A stretch of DNA of 64,000 nt, from NCBI GenBank assembly GCA_963827565.1, contig CAWHBG010000002.1:970952-1034951 (forward strand), read 5' to 3'. Source of the DNA: Candidatus Aminicenantes bacterium (GTDB lineage: Bacteria; Acidobacteriota; Aminicenantia; UBA2199). Each line of letters opens with the position of its first letter. The first letter of the stretch is position 1. The notes under the pieces were generated by a model. The model did no database searches. It was not told the origin of the DNA and saw nothing but the letters and a program-made list of their open reading frames with translations. Position numbers and translations under genes: made by a program. Positions 18,249 to 27,789 of the stretch are shown piece after piece.

Positions 18249-18830
18249 TCAGGGTCTTTGATTATATATATATTTCCCTACTAAATCAAGTTCAATATTC
18301 ACCCTTTTCCCGATTGTCATGGTTCTCAGATTTGTTTTTTCAAACGTGAACGGGAGTATCTCAACTGAAAAGGTTGAAGACTGGATATCATTTACAGTGA
18401 GGCTCACACCGTTAACAGCTATGGAACCTTTTTCAATTATATATTTTCTCCATTCACGATCAGTATAGGTGAAAATGAAACGGTAACTCCCTTTCATTTG
18501 TTTTACGGACTTAACCCTCGCAACACCGTCTATATGTCCGCTGACCAGATGACCGCTTACAAGATCATTGAGGGTCAGAGGAAGTTCAATGTTCAGTATA
18601 TCTCCCTTCATCTGATCGGGCAGATTTGTCCTGCCGAGCGTTTCTCTGCTCACATTAAAGGAGAATTTATCTTCTTTTATATTTACGACAGTGAGGCAGG
18701 ATCCGTTAACTGCAACGGAATCACCGTTAACAACATCTCTTGCAAAATCCGTTCTAAGTGTCAGGACAGGATCTCCGCTTTTGTCCAGTGATAAAAATTT
18801 ACCCGTTCCTGTAATAAGTCCTGTAAACAT
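18249..18830 (-). CDS. ribE: Riboflavin synthase
   Basis: Starts MFTGLITGTG and has two internal lumazine-binding repeats (VAVNGSCLTV / IAVNGVSLTV). Confidence 0.9.
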   Translation of the reverse strand: MFTGLITGTGKFLSLDKSGDPVLTLRTDFARDVVNGDSVAVNGSCLTVVNIKEDKFSFNVSRETLGRTNLPDQMKGDILNIELPLTLNDLVSGHLVSGHIDGVARVKSVKQMKGSYRFIFTYTDREWRKYIIEKGSIAVNGVSLTVNDIQSSTFSVEILPFTFEKTNLRTMTIGKRVNIELDLVGKYIYNQRP

Positions 18831-19933
18831 CAGAACATCCCCCTTATAATATAGCCATTATCAAGTTTAAATATTTTCTTCCCGGTAAGTTTTACAGGAT
18901 CTGTTAATGGCACACCCTCCGGAAGGATATCAACAGAGTTTTCTCCTCCCAGCAATTTATCCGCAGTAAACAGAACAATCTCATCACCAAGCCTGGAGTT
19001 CAGAAAAGATCCGATCAATGCTCCTCCACCCTCTATAAGAACCGATGCGATACCTCGCTCTCCCAATATCCCGAGGACCTCATTGAGATTAAGCCCCCGT
19101 TTCCCGGAACCGACAAAAAAATGGTTCTCACACTTTTTTCCTTTATTCCTGTATTCAGTACCTGAAAAAACATAGAGAGGCCACTCTTCACCCATATTAA
19201 ACACGTTCATTTTATCACTCAGCCGGTTTCTGGTATCCAGAATAACGCGTATAAACTTTTTCCCGGACCAGCCCTGTTCTCTGATCGTAAGCATTGGATC
19301 ATCATCTTCAACAGTGGATGATCCGACTATTATTGCACCGAACTCACCTCTGAAACTATGAGACATGGACCTTGATAATTCACCTGTTATCCATTGAGAA
19401 TTCCTGTTATTATCACTAAGCTTTCCGTCAATAGTAACTCCCGCATTGACGGTAACCCAGGGGATATTTTCAGTAATGTATTTCAGATAGTGCCTGTTCA
19501 AATACCCTGCTTCACTTGCCAGAAGGCCTGTATCAACCCTTATACCGGCTGCTTCAAGTTTTTTTATTCCTGCACCGTTCACTCCCGGATTCGGATCAGT
19601 AAAAGGGATAACAACCCTGCCTACTTTTTTTTCTATTATTATATCAGTACATGGAGGAGTATGTCCGGTATGTGAACAGGGCTCCAGGGAAATATAAAGT
19701 GTCGTATCAATTTCTGCAATTTTTTCCAGTGCAGACCTCTCCGCATGTGATTCACCATACTTTTCATGATATCCTGTGGAAATTATCTTGCCGTTCTTTA
19801 CAACCACAGCTCCCACCATTGGATTGGGTTCCGTCATTCCGAGCCCTTTTTCACCAAGCTTGAGAGCAAGGTGCATAAAGAGAAGATCATCATCCGAAAA
19901 ACCATTTTTTTTTAATGAACGGTCAGGTCCCAT
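18830..19933 (-). CDS. ribD: Bifunctional riboflavin biosynthesis deaminase/reductase
   Basis: Deaminase zinc motifs HAERSAL and EPCSHTGHTPPC, plus a C-terminal reductase domain. The start overlaps the ftsY stop (TAATG). Confidence 0.9.
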   Translation of the reverse strand: MGPDRSLKKNGFSDDDLLFMHLALKLGEKGLGMTEPNPMVGAVVVKNGKIISTGYHEKYGESHAERSALEKIAEIDTTLYISLEPCSHTGHTPPCTDIIIEKKVGRVVIPFTDPNPGVNGAGIKKLEAAGIRVDTGLLASEAGYLNRHYLKYITENIPWVTVNAGVTIDGKLSDNNRNSQWITGELSRSMSHSFRGEFGAIIVGSSTVEDDDPMLTIREQGWSGKKFIRVILDTRNRLSDKMNVFNMGEEWPLYVFSGTEYRNKGKKCENHFFVGSGKRGLNLNEVLGILGERGIASVLIEGGGALIGSFLNSRLGDEIVLFTADKLLGGENSVDILPEGVPLTDPVKLTGKKIFKLDNGYIIRGMF

Positions 19934-20873
19934 TATTCCTCAACAAACGAATTTACAAACTCTTCTTTTGAAAACTCTTCGAGATCGGTTTCTCTTTCTC
20001 CTGTTCCCACAAAAAGGACAGGGATACCCATCTCCTGAATTATTCTTAAAACAGCTCCACCTTTTGCAGTTCCGTCAAGTTTGGTAAGTACTATTCCTGT
20101 TAATCCTGAGAATTCACTGAATTTTTTTGCCTGATCAACCGTATTCTGCCCCATCGTAGCATCAATAACCAATAGGGTCTCCGATGGCCCCTCCGGGATA
20201 AATTTTTTTATAATTTTTGTGATTTTCTCCAACTCACGCATAAGATTTTCTTTTGTCTGAACTCTTCCTGCTGTATCAATTATAACCGTGGTATAATCTT
20301 TGTTTATAAGTGAATTCATACCGTTAAACACAACAGAACCGGGATCGGCGCCATGCTCCCCGCCAATAACAGGGATCCCGAGTTTTTTTCCCCACATTAC
20401 CAGTTGTGAACTTCCGGCTGCCCTGAATGTGTCAGAAGCACAGAGCAGTACCCGTTCTCCCTCTCTCGCCATTCTGTATCCGAGTTTGGCAGCTGTTGTG
20501 GTTTTCCCGCTCCCATTAACCCCCACAAACAGGAAACGCCTTTTTTTTCTCTCTTTTTTTTTCCTCAGATATCTTCAGTTTAAGGTTTGAGAGAGGAAGA
20601 AGGGAATCTCCGGTATCAGCCTCTTCATAAACAGTTTCGATCACATCGGTGATCTCGCTTTTCATCACAGCAAGGAATTCATCTTTGGAGAATTGCGTAC
20701 CGAGAGAACTTCTTACCTTTACCAATTATCCTTTCAACAATCGTCACCGGTATATCGGAAAGTATAAGCTGCTCTTCAATATCTTCAAACAATTCTTCAC
20801 GCTCTTTTTTTGATGAAAATACTACTTCAATATTCTCCTTTGCACTGAACCGGAAAAGATTCCTCAATTTCAT
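19933..20873 (-). pseudogene. ftsY: Signal recognition particle receptor FtsY, split into three ORFs by two frame disruptions (likely sequence errors)
   Basis: ORFs 20679..20873, 20516..20725 and 19933..20526 together read as one FtsY. Shifting frame gives KRRFLFVGVNGSGKTTTAAKL (the NG-domain P-loop), then DTFRAA, DTAGR and LTKLDG. The span is 941 nt, which is not a multiple of 3. Confidence 0.85.
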
Positions 20874-21045
20874 GAATTTATTATATCTCCAATTGATCTT
20901 TTAAACAATAAAACCCGTTTATGCAAAAAAATACCATTATGTATAATTTTTACACACACAAATGCTGAAATATTATAAGACCAGTCTTGATATGACACCC
21001 TTTACCTGGCACAGATATTGCTGTAATACAATTTACGGGGGAATT

Positions 21046-21546
21046 ATGAAAAAGAAAAGAGGAATGACAATTATTGAGCTATTGGTAACTATGGCAGTGT
21101 TTTCCGTGACCATTGTTGTTGTTCTCGGTATGAGCAATGCCGGTATTAACCGGTCAGGACTGAAAACCACATCCAACGAGATCCTGGGCATGATCAATAT
21201 GGTTAAATCAAAAGCTGCTAAAGAGAACAGGCCGATTGCCCTCACATTTACAGACACTACTTACATGGAGCACTTTTATGAATCAGGGATATGGACACCC
21301 GATCTTACAGACAAAACCCCGATTGACGGAAAGGTGGCAGGGGGAACATCTCTAACATCCTTTTCAACGATCGCTTTTAATTCGAGGGGAATATTGATTG
21401 ACCCGAACACCTTTATGATCAATGCCGGTGTCAAACTGACACTTGAATCTAAATACGGTGATGGAATTAAAATCAAGGTCATATCATATGGCGGAGTACA
21501 GGTGAAAAACTCCTGGCGTGACACCGTTGAATATGGAGGTTTTTAA
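21046..21546 (+). CDS. GspH/FimT-like minor (pseudo)pilin
   Basis: Prepilin-type N-terminus MKKKRGMTIIELLVTMAVFSVTIVVVLG. The ATG at 21046 is preferred over the ORF start at 20962. It is the first gene of the minor-pilin operon, and its stop overlaps the next start. Confidence 0.7.
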   Translation: MKKKRGMTIIELLVTMAVFSVTIVVVLGMSNAGINRSGLKTTSNEILGMINMVKSKAAKENRPIALTFTDTTYMEHFYESGIWTPDLTDKTPIDGKVAGGTSLTSFSTIAFNSRGILIDPNTFMINAGVKLTLESKYGDGIKIKVISYGGVQVKNSWRDTVEYGGF

Positions 21547-21944
21547 TGAAATTACCCAATATTAACAAGAAAATATTATCCGGAAAAAAGGGGTCCACAT
21601 TTTTAGAAACTCTTATTGCCATCACTATCCTTATGTATGTTATAGCCGGAATACTCTCGATGACCACTGTTCAGATGAAAACCAATTTCAATCAGATAAA
21701 CCATACAAGGGCTGTAAAACTTGCAGAAGAGGCTCTGGAACGAAAAATGAGGGAAGACTTCGATACGCTAACAGGTGAAACAAATGATTTCGATTCGATC
21801 TCAGAATTCCCTCAATACTCCAGAACTATAAGAGTAACAACCATCGATGCAGACAACAAAGATATTACAGTTAATGTGACCTGGAGAGAGAGAGCGCGTA
21901 CCACAACACCTCCGATATCACTGAGATTCAGAAGGACCAGATAA
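21546..21944 (+). CDS. PilV-like minor pilin
   Basis: Prepilin methylation motif KKGSTFLETLIAITILMYVIAGIL. The size and second position match fimU-pilVWXY1 type operons. Confidence 0.6.
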   Translation: MKLPNINKKILSGKKGSTFLETLIAITILMYVIAGILSMTTVQMKTNFNQINHTRAVKLAEEALERKMREDFDTLTGETNDFDSISEFPQYSRTIRVTTIDADNKDITVNVTWRERARTTTPPISLRFRRTR

Positions 21945-23090
21945 ATGAAAAGCAAAAAAAGTATAAGCGGTTTTACCTTAATTGAGGCTATTACAGCTTC
22001 CATAATCCTCCTGATTATTGTGATCACAATGTATTCTCTCATACTGGAGACAGAATCTACTCAGGTAACCGAATCGAACAAAATGGATATGAACCAGGCG
22101 GCAAGGGCCATTGACATAATATTGTGTGAGAATATAAGAAATGCAGGTTCGGTCCTGACGCTTTTAAGGACACCCCCCTTTCTGCAGGCATCCCCGCCCT
22201 TCACCGGTATTTACCCATTGAACAATGAGGATTATCCCGACGGGATCATACTGGCTTCGGGAGATCAGGATGCTGTCACTGAGATCAGCGGAGGTTCATT
22301 CACCCCGGGGGATACTGTTGTTAACCTTGAAGGTAATGTTAACAATGAGAACGGTTCAGGAACAGTCTGGGCTAAAAATGATGCTGGTATTATTGTACGA
22401 ACAACCGGCTATTATGTATTTAAAGTGACCGGTGATGTCAACTTAAATGATTCCACCCTTACTGTGAGATCAACTCCGGTCTATTATTCAGGACTTTTAA
22501 ATGTTCCGGGAAAATATACTGATAATTCCATCACCCATCTCGGTTCAGCCGGGAACACCGGATCTTATTCGGACGGCAGCCCGGTTATCAGACTTAATTA
22601 TTTTAATATTTTTACAACAAAAACTGAAAAAGATGGAACAAAAACACTTACCCTTACAACAGATTCAGAAGGGGTCGCAAACATTCTTGCTGACGGAAAC
22701 GAAACTTCGTTCAGAGCAGTACCAATTATCCCGAATATCGAAGATATCCAGTTCGAATATATCACAAAAGATCTGCCGCCTGAGTTCTGGGCATCCACCT
22801 CAACTGCGGGGACAAGTTATGCCGACCCCTGTGCAGCCCCTGCCAGCACAGACTGTACAAATTTCATGAATACTTTTATTAACCGGAACATATCTTCAAT
22901 AAGGGTATACGCACTCCTTAAATCAGAAGATAAACACAAAAGAAAAGTTACTAAAGAGGGAATTGTCGGCCCCCCCTATGACAAACCGAGAATGGGGGAT
23001 ATCGCCGCTGTTACTCTCGGCGCGGGAAGGTTCCACTACACATATCTCACATATGAAGTATTTGTAAGGAACTTTGACATCGTTTATTAG
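21945..23090 (+). CDS. PilW-like minor pilin
   Basis: Canonical G/FTLIE prepilin motif (SGFTLIEAITASIILLIIV). 381 aa, in third position. Confidence 0.6.
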   Translation: MKSKKSISGFTLIEAITASIILLIIVITMYSLILETESTQVTESNKMDMNQAARAIDIILCENIRNAGSVLTLLRTPPFLQASPPFTGIYPLNNEDYPDGIILASGDQDAVTEISGGSFTPGDTVVNLEGNVNNENGSGTVWAKNDAGIIVRTTGYYVFKVTGDVNLNDSTLTVRSTPVYYSGLLNVPGKYTDNSITHLGSAGNTGSYSDGSPVIRLNYFNIFTTKTEKDGTKTLTLTTDSEGVANILADGNETSFRAVPIIPNIEDIQFEYITKDLPPEFWASTSTAGTSYADPCAAPASTDCTNFMNTFINRNISSIRVYALLKSEDKHKRKVTKEGIVGPPYDKPRMGDIAAVTLGAGRFHYTYLTYEVFVRNFDIVY

Positions 23091-23099
23091 GAGACGAAC

Positions 23100-23600
23100 A
23101 TGAAAAACAGAAGAAATAAAGAGAAAGGTTCAGTTCTTATACTTGTACTCTTCGGAGTTATAATCCTCTCCATGATGGGGGTAACAGGACTTAACCGAAG
23201 TAAGACCGAAATAAGTATTACAAGGAATTTTTTTGCTGACAAGGACTCATTCTTTACGGCTGAGAACGGGATCAGCATGGGAACTGATATGTTAAGGGAT
23301 TCGGTTGATCCGGCAGGTGAAATATTCGGTCCGGTTACCGACGGGACAAGGACCTTCCGGAGCGGCCCCTTGTACGATACATACGGATATAAGATAACAG
23401 ACCCCCAATATATCACACCCTTTCTTGCTTTCGATCCGCCACCGCCAATAGGGATATCACTGGAGACAAGCGGTTCCATGGGTGTGGCAGTCACACCCTG
23501 GCAGGTGATATCCTCCTCCGCGGTCAAAGTTCCCGGAGGCGGCAATGACGCAAGGAAAGAAGTAAGGTCGATCGTCGTTATGTTAAATTCCGAATATTAG
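23100..23600 (+). CDS. PilX-like pilus assembly protein
   Basis: N-terminus KGSVLILVLFGVIILSMMGVTGLNRSKTEISITRN resembles the PilX N-terminal domain. Located directly upstream of pilY1. Confidence 0.55.
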   Translation: MKNRRNKEKGSVLILVLFGVIILSMMGVTGLNRSKTEISITRNFFADKDSFFTAENGISMGTDMLRDSVDPAGEIFGPVTDGTRTFRSGPLYDTYGYKITDPQYITPFLAFDPPPPIGISLETSGSMGVAVTPWQVISSSAVKVPGGGNDARKEVRSIVVMLNSEY

Positions 23601-23609
23601 GAGGAAGAG

Positions 23610-26600
23610 ATGAAAAAAAGAATTTTAATTATTTTACTGATAGGGATATTCTCGATGATATCCACCCAATTGTACGGATGGTTCGATGAAGCGCTGTTCA
23701 ACAGCGGTAGTTCAACCTATTCGATCATGAAACCAAACATCCTCATCCTGATGGACAATTCGGGATCAATGAACAATATGATCTGGCCTACCTTTTTTAA
23801 TGCGGCAGTTTCATACCCCGATTATGATGACCGGGTCTTCCCCAATTCCGATCACCAGATCGATCAGTATAACAAGCAGTATTTCTATGATCCCCATACA
23901 GATAGCTACAAGCAGTTCCCGAAGGGCCATTACTTCGGAAGATTCAACACAACAGAGCATACTTACCCGGTCACGGAGACCGCCTATGACGATGTCTTCC
24001 TCCTGGATATCAAGGATTATCCCTATTCCAATGCCCATCCGGATTCCCATCCCATATACCTCTTTGCTGGTGAGGACACCAACAATCCGGTCAGAATGAA
24101 CGGTAACTTACTTAATTTTCTCATTTACACAGCCACTGATGAACAGAGAGATGCCTGGAATCATTTCCAGAAGCACGGGACCTGGGATGTGAGTAAGACT
24201 GCCAACATTGAAGGGAACTGGGGTGCCAACCGGAAGGTAAGGATCCGGGTCGCCCGTGAGGTCATGAAGAATGTCGTCGACGATATGTTCGCCGAATACG
24301 ATGCCGATACAAATCCCGACAAGCAATATCCCCGTTTCGGTATCGCCCGGTTCAACTCCGATGAAGGTGGTACGGTGATCCAGAGCTGCGGCGCCAATGC
24401 AAACTCCACTGCTACAAAAGGACTGGTCGACGGGATCCTGGGAGAAACCTGGACCCCGCTATCCGAAACCTACGCCGAGCTGTATGCCTACTTCAGGAAC
24501 GGCGGTGAATGTTCCATTGCAGATGACAAATATTTCCTCGATCTGGATGATCCGGGATCACAGCAAATTGCTTCAAGCACACCCATTACCAACTGGTGCC
24601 AGTTGAATTTTATCATTATAGTGACCGACGGGGAACCGACACAGGATGACCAGCTGAGGGACCTCGGTGCGAACACTATTTTTCACATTGAGGATGATAA
24701 TTCTGCCCCCTGGGGGGATACCGATGTGCAATTCATTAACGATGACGACACTGCGGATTTGCCCAGTGATGGGACCAACTATCTCGATGACCTCGCCTGG
24801 TACGCCTACAACATGGACCTCTGGCCCGATGACAAGGTCGCTATAAGTACTTCCAGCACTTTTGAACTTAAAATGCAGAACAAACAATTTATTTACACAT
24901 ATACGGTCGGTTTTGCCATAGATAATGTTTTATTAAAAGATACCGCAGAAAACGGCGGTGGTGAGTATTATACTGCAAGCGATTATGAATCACTCTCACA
25001 GGCAATGGCGAATGCATTTGCCAGTATCGACGAAAAAGTGAGGGCATACGCAGCATTTGCCGCACCGAAATATTCTCTTACTTATGGTGACCGGAGCGGT
25101 TATGTCGCCACATTTGTCCCTAAAGCAACACAAAGTATATGGGAGGGGCATCTGAAATCTTACAAACTAGATGATAATGGAGATTTCCCGGACCTTGAGA
25201 ATCCGGGGAGCGCACTTGAATGGGATGCCGGAGAAGTATTGAACAACAGGACTTCTCCCAGGGTTATTTATACCATTAAGGGGGGAAACCTTGTCAGTTT
25301 TGATACTACAGGAATCACTGCAGCTGATCTCGGTTTCGTCACCGGTGACACGACAGTGGACAATGCAAATATGGCCAAGGTGATAGATTTTGTGAATGGA
25401 AATAATACCTTCGGATGGAAGTTCGGCGATGTTTTTCATTACACACCCACCGTTGTCGGTGCTCCGTTGAAATGGAAAGCAAGTTTCGATCCCTCCTATA
25501 AGCTTTTCTTTGATGAATTAACAGAGTGGGTCACTGTAGGTGCAGATCAGGTTCTTGTCTCAAAAAGACCGGAAGTCGTATATGTGGGGGCCAATGACGG
25601 AATGATCCACTGTTTCCTGGTTGAGACCGGCGAAGAATTATGGGCATTCATCCCACCCTCATTCCTTACAAAACTCAGGGAGATGGTACCGGGTGTCCCA
25701 AATGCTGACGGGACAACTTCCGGAACTCATCAATACTTCGTTGACGGTAAAGCGATCGCTAAAGACATTAAAATTGCAAACGATTACAAATGGACAGACT
25801 GGAAGACCGTTCTGATATTCGGTTACGGCATCGGGGGAGAAAGTTATTGTGCTCTTGATGTGACAGATCCCACCAGCTTAAAGTTCCTCTGGGAATTTAA
25901 CGACCCTGTTTATTCAGCAAAAACAGAAGGGAAACCCATTATTGCCAGGCTTCAGAACGACGGGACAGGGGCACAGTTCCCGGCCGTTATCCTCTCCGGC
26001 GGTTATGACATGAATGAAGAAGCTGCAAATCCGAACCCCAAGGGGAAATCATTCTTCGTACTGAACGCTTATACAGGAAATATAGTAAAAAGATTTGTAT
26101 ATGATACCAGTAAGACGGAGAGCAAAGCCGGATCTACCTATACCCATACAAATCCCGGATTCAAATATTGTTTTGCTGCCACACCTACAGCCCTCGACTA
26201 TGATAACAACGGGTTGACAGATTACCTCTACCTTGTAGAATCGGGAGATTATACAGGTAAATTACACGAAGGCGGCAGAATATGGAAGGTAAACGTCAAC
26301 GGCGATCCTGCCGGTTGGGACCCTGTAAATATCTACCAGGCGGAAGACGGGCAGACCATGTGGCTCCCGCCCACGCTCGGATATGACTACGATTACAACC
26401 TCTGGCTCTTTGCAGGTACCGGCCATCGGACCATGCCCAACAACTCAAATAACTTAACCGGTCAATTTGTCGGGATTATTGACAGTTCTCTCTCTTCGAC
26501 ATTAACTAACACAAATCTGACCAATGTGAATACGCTCTGGACTGGTTCTGACACTTCTGTTACTTCCGGATTCTGGTTTGATTATACTGAAGGATCAGGT

Positions 26601-26939
26601 GAAACAATCTTTGAGCCCTATCCGATCTTTATCAACAGCACCATCTATTTCAACACTTATGTTCCTCAAACAACATCGACAAAAATAATCGACCCCTGCG
26701 TACAGGAAGGTAACCAGAGTATTTACAGTTTCAAAGTGAGAGCAGGCGGCGGACAGATCACACTTGAAGATCCGAAGGTTGAAGCAGGAAAGATCCAGGG
26801 TTCCGGACTTCTTTCAGGAGGAAAATATAAAATTTATAAAGGTTCAGGCGTTGTCGGCAGCACCGATGTCATCGAACAGGATACAATCGATGTGGAATCA
26901 GTATTCGGATCAATGACCTGGGAAGAGAAAAAGAGGTAG
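23610..26939 (+). CDS. pilY1: PilY1-like type IV pilus tip adhesin (N-terminal vWA, C-terminal beta-propeller)
   Basis: 1109 aa with a signal peptide, the MIDAS-like motif ILMDNSGSMNN, and the PilY1/PilC propeller signature VYVGANDGMIHCF. Confidence 0.8.
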   Translation: MKKRILIILLIGIFSMISTQLYGWFDEALFNSGSSTYSIMKPNILILMDNSGSMNNMIWPTFFNAAVSYPDYDDRVFPNSDHQIDQYNKQYFYDPHTDSYKQFPKGHYFGRFNTTEHTYPVTETAYDDVFLLDIKDYPYSNAHPDSHPIYLFAGEDTNNPVRMNGNLLNFLIYTATDEQRDAWNHFQKHGTWDVSKTANIEGNWGANRKVRIRVAREVMKNVVDDMFAEYDADTNPDKQYPRFGIARFNSDEGGTVIQSCGANANSTATKGLVDGILGETWTPLSETYAELYAYFRNGGECSIADDKYFLDLDDPGSQQIASSTPITNWCQLNFIIIVTDGEPTQDDQLRDLGANTIFHIEDDNSAPWGDTDVQFINDDDTADLPSDGTNYLDDLAWYAYNMDLWPDDKVAISTSSTFELKMQNKQFIYTYTVGFAIDNVLLKDTAENGGGEYYTASDYESLSQAMANAFASIDEKVRAYAAFAAPKYSLTYGDRSGYVATFVPKATQSIWEGHLKSYKLDDNGDFPDLENPGSALEWDAGEVLNNRTSPRVIYTIKGGNLVSFDTTGITAADLGFVTGDTTVDNANMAKVIDFVNGNNTFGWKFGDVFHYTPTVVGAPLKWKASFDPSYKLFFDELTEWVTVGADQVLVSKRPEVVYVGANDGMIHCFLVETGEELWAFIPPSFLTKLREMVPGVPNADGTTSGTHQYFVDGKAIAKDIKIANDYKWTDWKTVLIFGYGIGGESYCALDVTDPTSLKFLWEFNDPVYSAKTEGKPIIARLQNDGTGAQFPAVILSGGYDMNEEAANPNPKGKSFFVLNAYTGNIVKRFVYDTSKTESKAGSTYTHTNPGFKYCFAATPTALDYDNNGLTDYLYLVESGDYTGKLHEGGRIWKVNVNGDPAGWDPVNIYQAEDGQTMWLPPTLGYDYDYNLWLFAGTGHRTMPNNSNNLTGQFVGIIDSSLSSTLTNTNLTNVNTLWTGSDTSVTSGFWFDYTEGSGETIFEPYPIFINSTIYFNTYVPQTTSTKIIDPCVQEGNQSIYSFKVRAGGGQITLEDPKVEAGKIQGSGLLSGGKYKIYKGSGVVGSTDVIEQDTIDVESVFGSMTWEEKKR

Positions 26940-26941
26940 AA

Positions 26942-27748
26942 TTGGGCGCCAATAAATACTTAATACTGTTTTTACTCTCATCTCTGCTCACTTTCTGTGG
27001 GGGGGATGGAGGAGATGACAGCTTAAAAGTTAAAAAGAACATTGAACAGGTTCCTTTATCTGAAATAAAAACCTCTCATAGTGCTGAAAAGGTATTAAAG
27101 ATCAAAGATGTGAAGTTCAGTAAGTTAATTGATGTTCAAAACGACCTCACGGCAATACCTGTCCTCTCTGATAAAGAAGCTGAAGAGGAATTTAATTTCA
27201 GATGGTTTGTGAATGACAATGAGATCGAGGGGGAGAATGATTCATCCCTCTCCAGTGAATATTTTAATGAGGACGACTGGGTCTACTGCCGTGTCCGGAT
27301 CATCGGTGAAGGGGAAGAATTTTCCGAATATTCAAGCAGGATAGTGAAGATAATGGGGCCACTGCCTATTGTCAACCTGGATACAATCGAAAATTTCACT
27401 CCTCCCGGAATATTCAGGTATAAGATCAATGCCCATATGCCTGAAACTGCAGGCCTGGAACCTGAATATGGTGATGAAGATGAGATCGATCCTGAAAAAT
27501 CGATCAAATTCGAACTGATTTCTCCTCTTGATAAGGACATCGAGCTGAATACCCTGACCGGAGAGATTACGTGGAATATTACATCAGAACTGATCGAAGA
27601 ATTGGGAAAAGAGATCATAATAAAATTCAGTGTAATATCACCTTCAGGCAGGAAAGTGAATTCTTCAATTACTATTTCTCTGAAAGAGAGTGAAAATACA
27701 AATAATAATTCAAATAATGACTCAACATTGGGTTCTGAGATAGAGTAA
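26942..27748 (+). CDS. Acidic putative lipoprotein, function unknown
   Basis: TTG start 6 nt after AAGAGG. Signal peptide ends LLTFCGG (lipobox-like, with an atypical Phe at -1). Glu/Asp-rich. It is the last gene before the shared terminator. Confidence 0.45.
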   Translation: MGANKYLILFLLSSLLTFCGGDGGDDSLKVKKNIEQVPLSEIKTSHSAEKVLKIKDVKFSKLIDVQNDLTAIPVLSDKEAEEEFNFRWFVNDNEIEGENDSSLSSEYFNEDDWVYCRVRIIGEGEEFSEYSSRIVKIMGPLPIVNLDTIENFTPPGIFRYKINAHMPETAGLEPEYGDEDEIDPEKSIKFELISPLDKDIELNTLTGEITWNITSELIEELGKEIIIKFSVISPSGRKVNSSITISLKESENTNNNSNNDSTLGSEIE

Positions 27749-27755
27749 ATTTAAC

Positions 27756-27786
27756 AAACGGGGGAGGTTCGCCTCCCCCGTTTTTA
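27756..27786. terminator. Bidirectional rho-independent terminator
   Basis: aaa-cgggggagg-ttcg-cctcccccg-ttttt. A perfect 9-bp GC stem with a tetraloop, flanked by an A-run and a T-run, between convergent genes. Confidence 0.85.
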
Positions 27787-27789
27787 TTT

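Noticed and set aside
20541-20562. Programmed ribosomal frameshifting or phase variation at the homopolymer runs in ftsY, ftsA and ftsQ
   Set aside because: The affected genes are essential housekeeping genes. The breaks are scattered over unrelated loci, and no slippery heptamer plus downstream structure is evident. Sequencing indels are the simpler explanation.
23087-23545. 152-aa minus-strand ORF
   Set aside because: Antisense to the pilX-like gene within a tightly packed plus-strand operon. The sequence is Pro/Ser-rich with no features.
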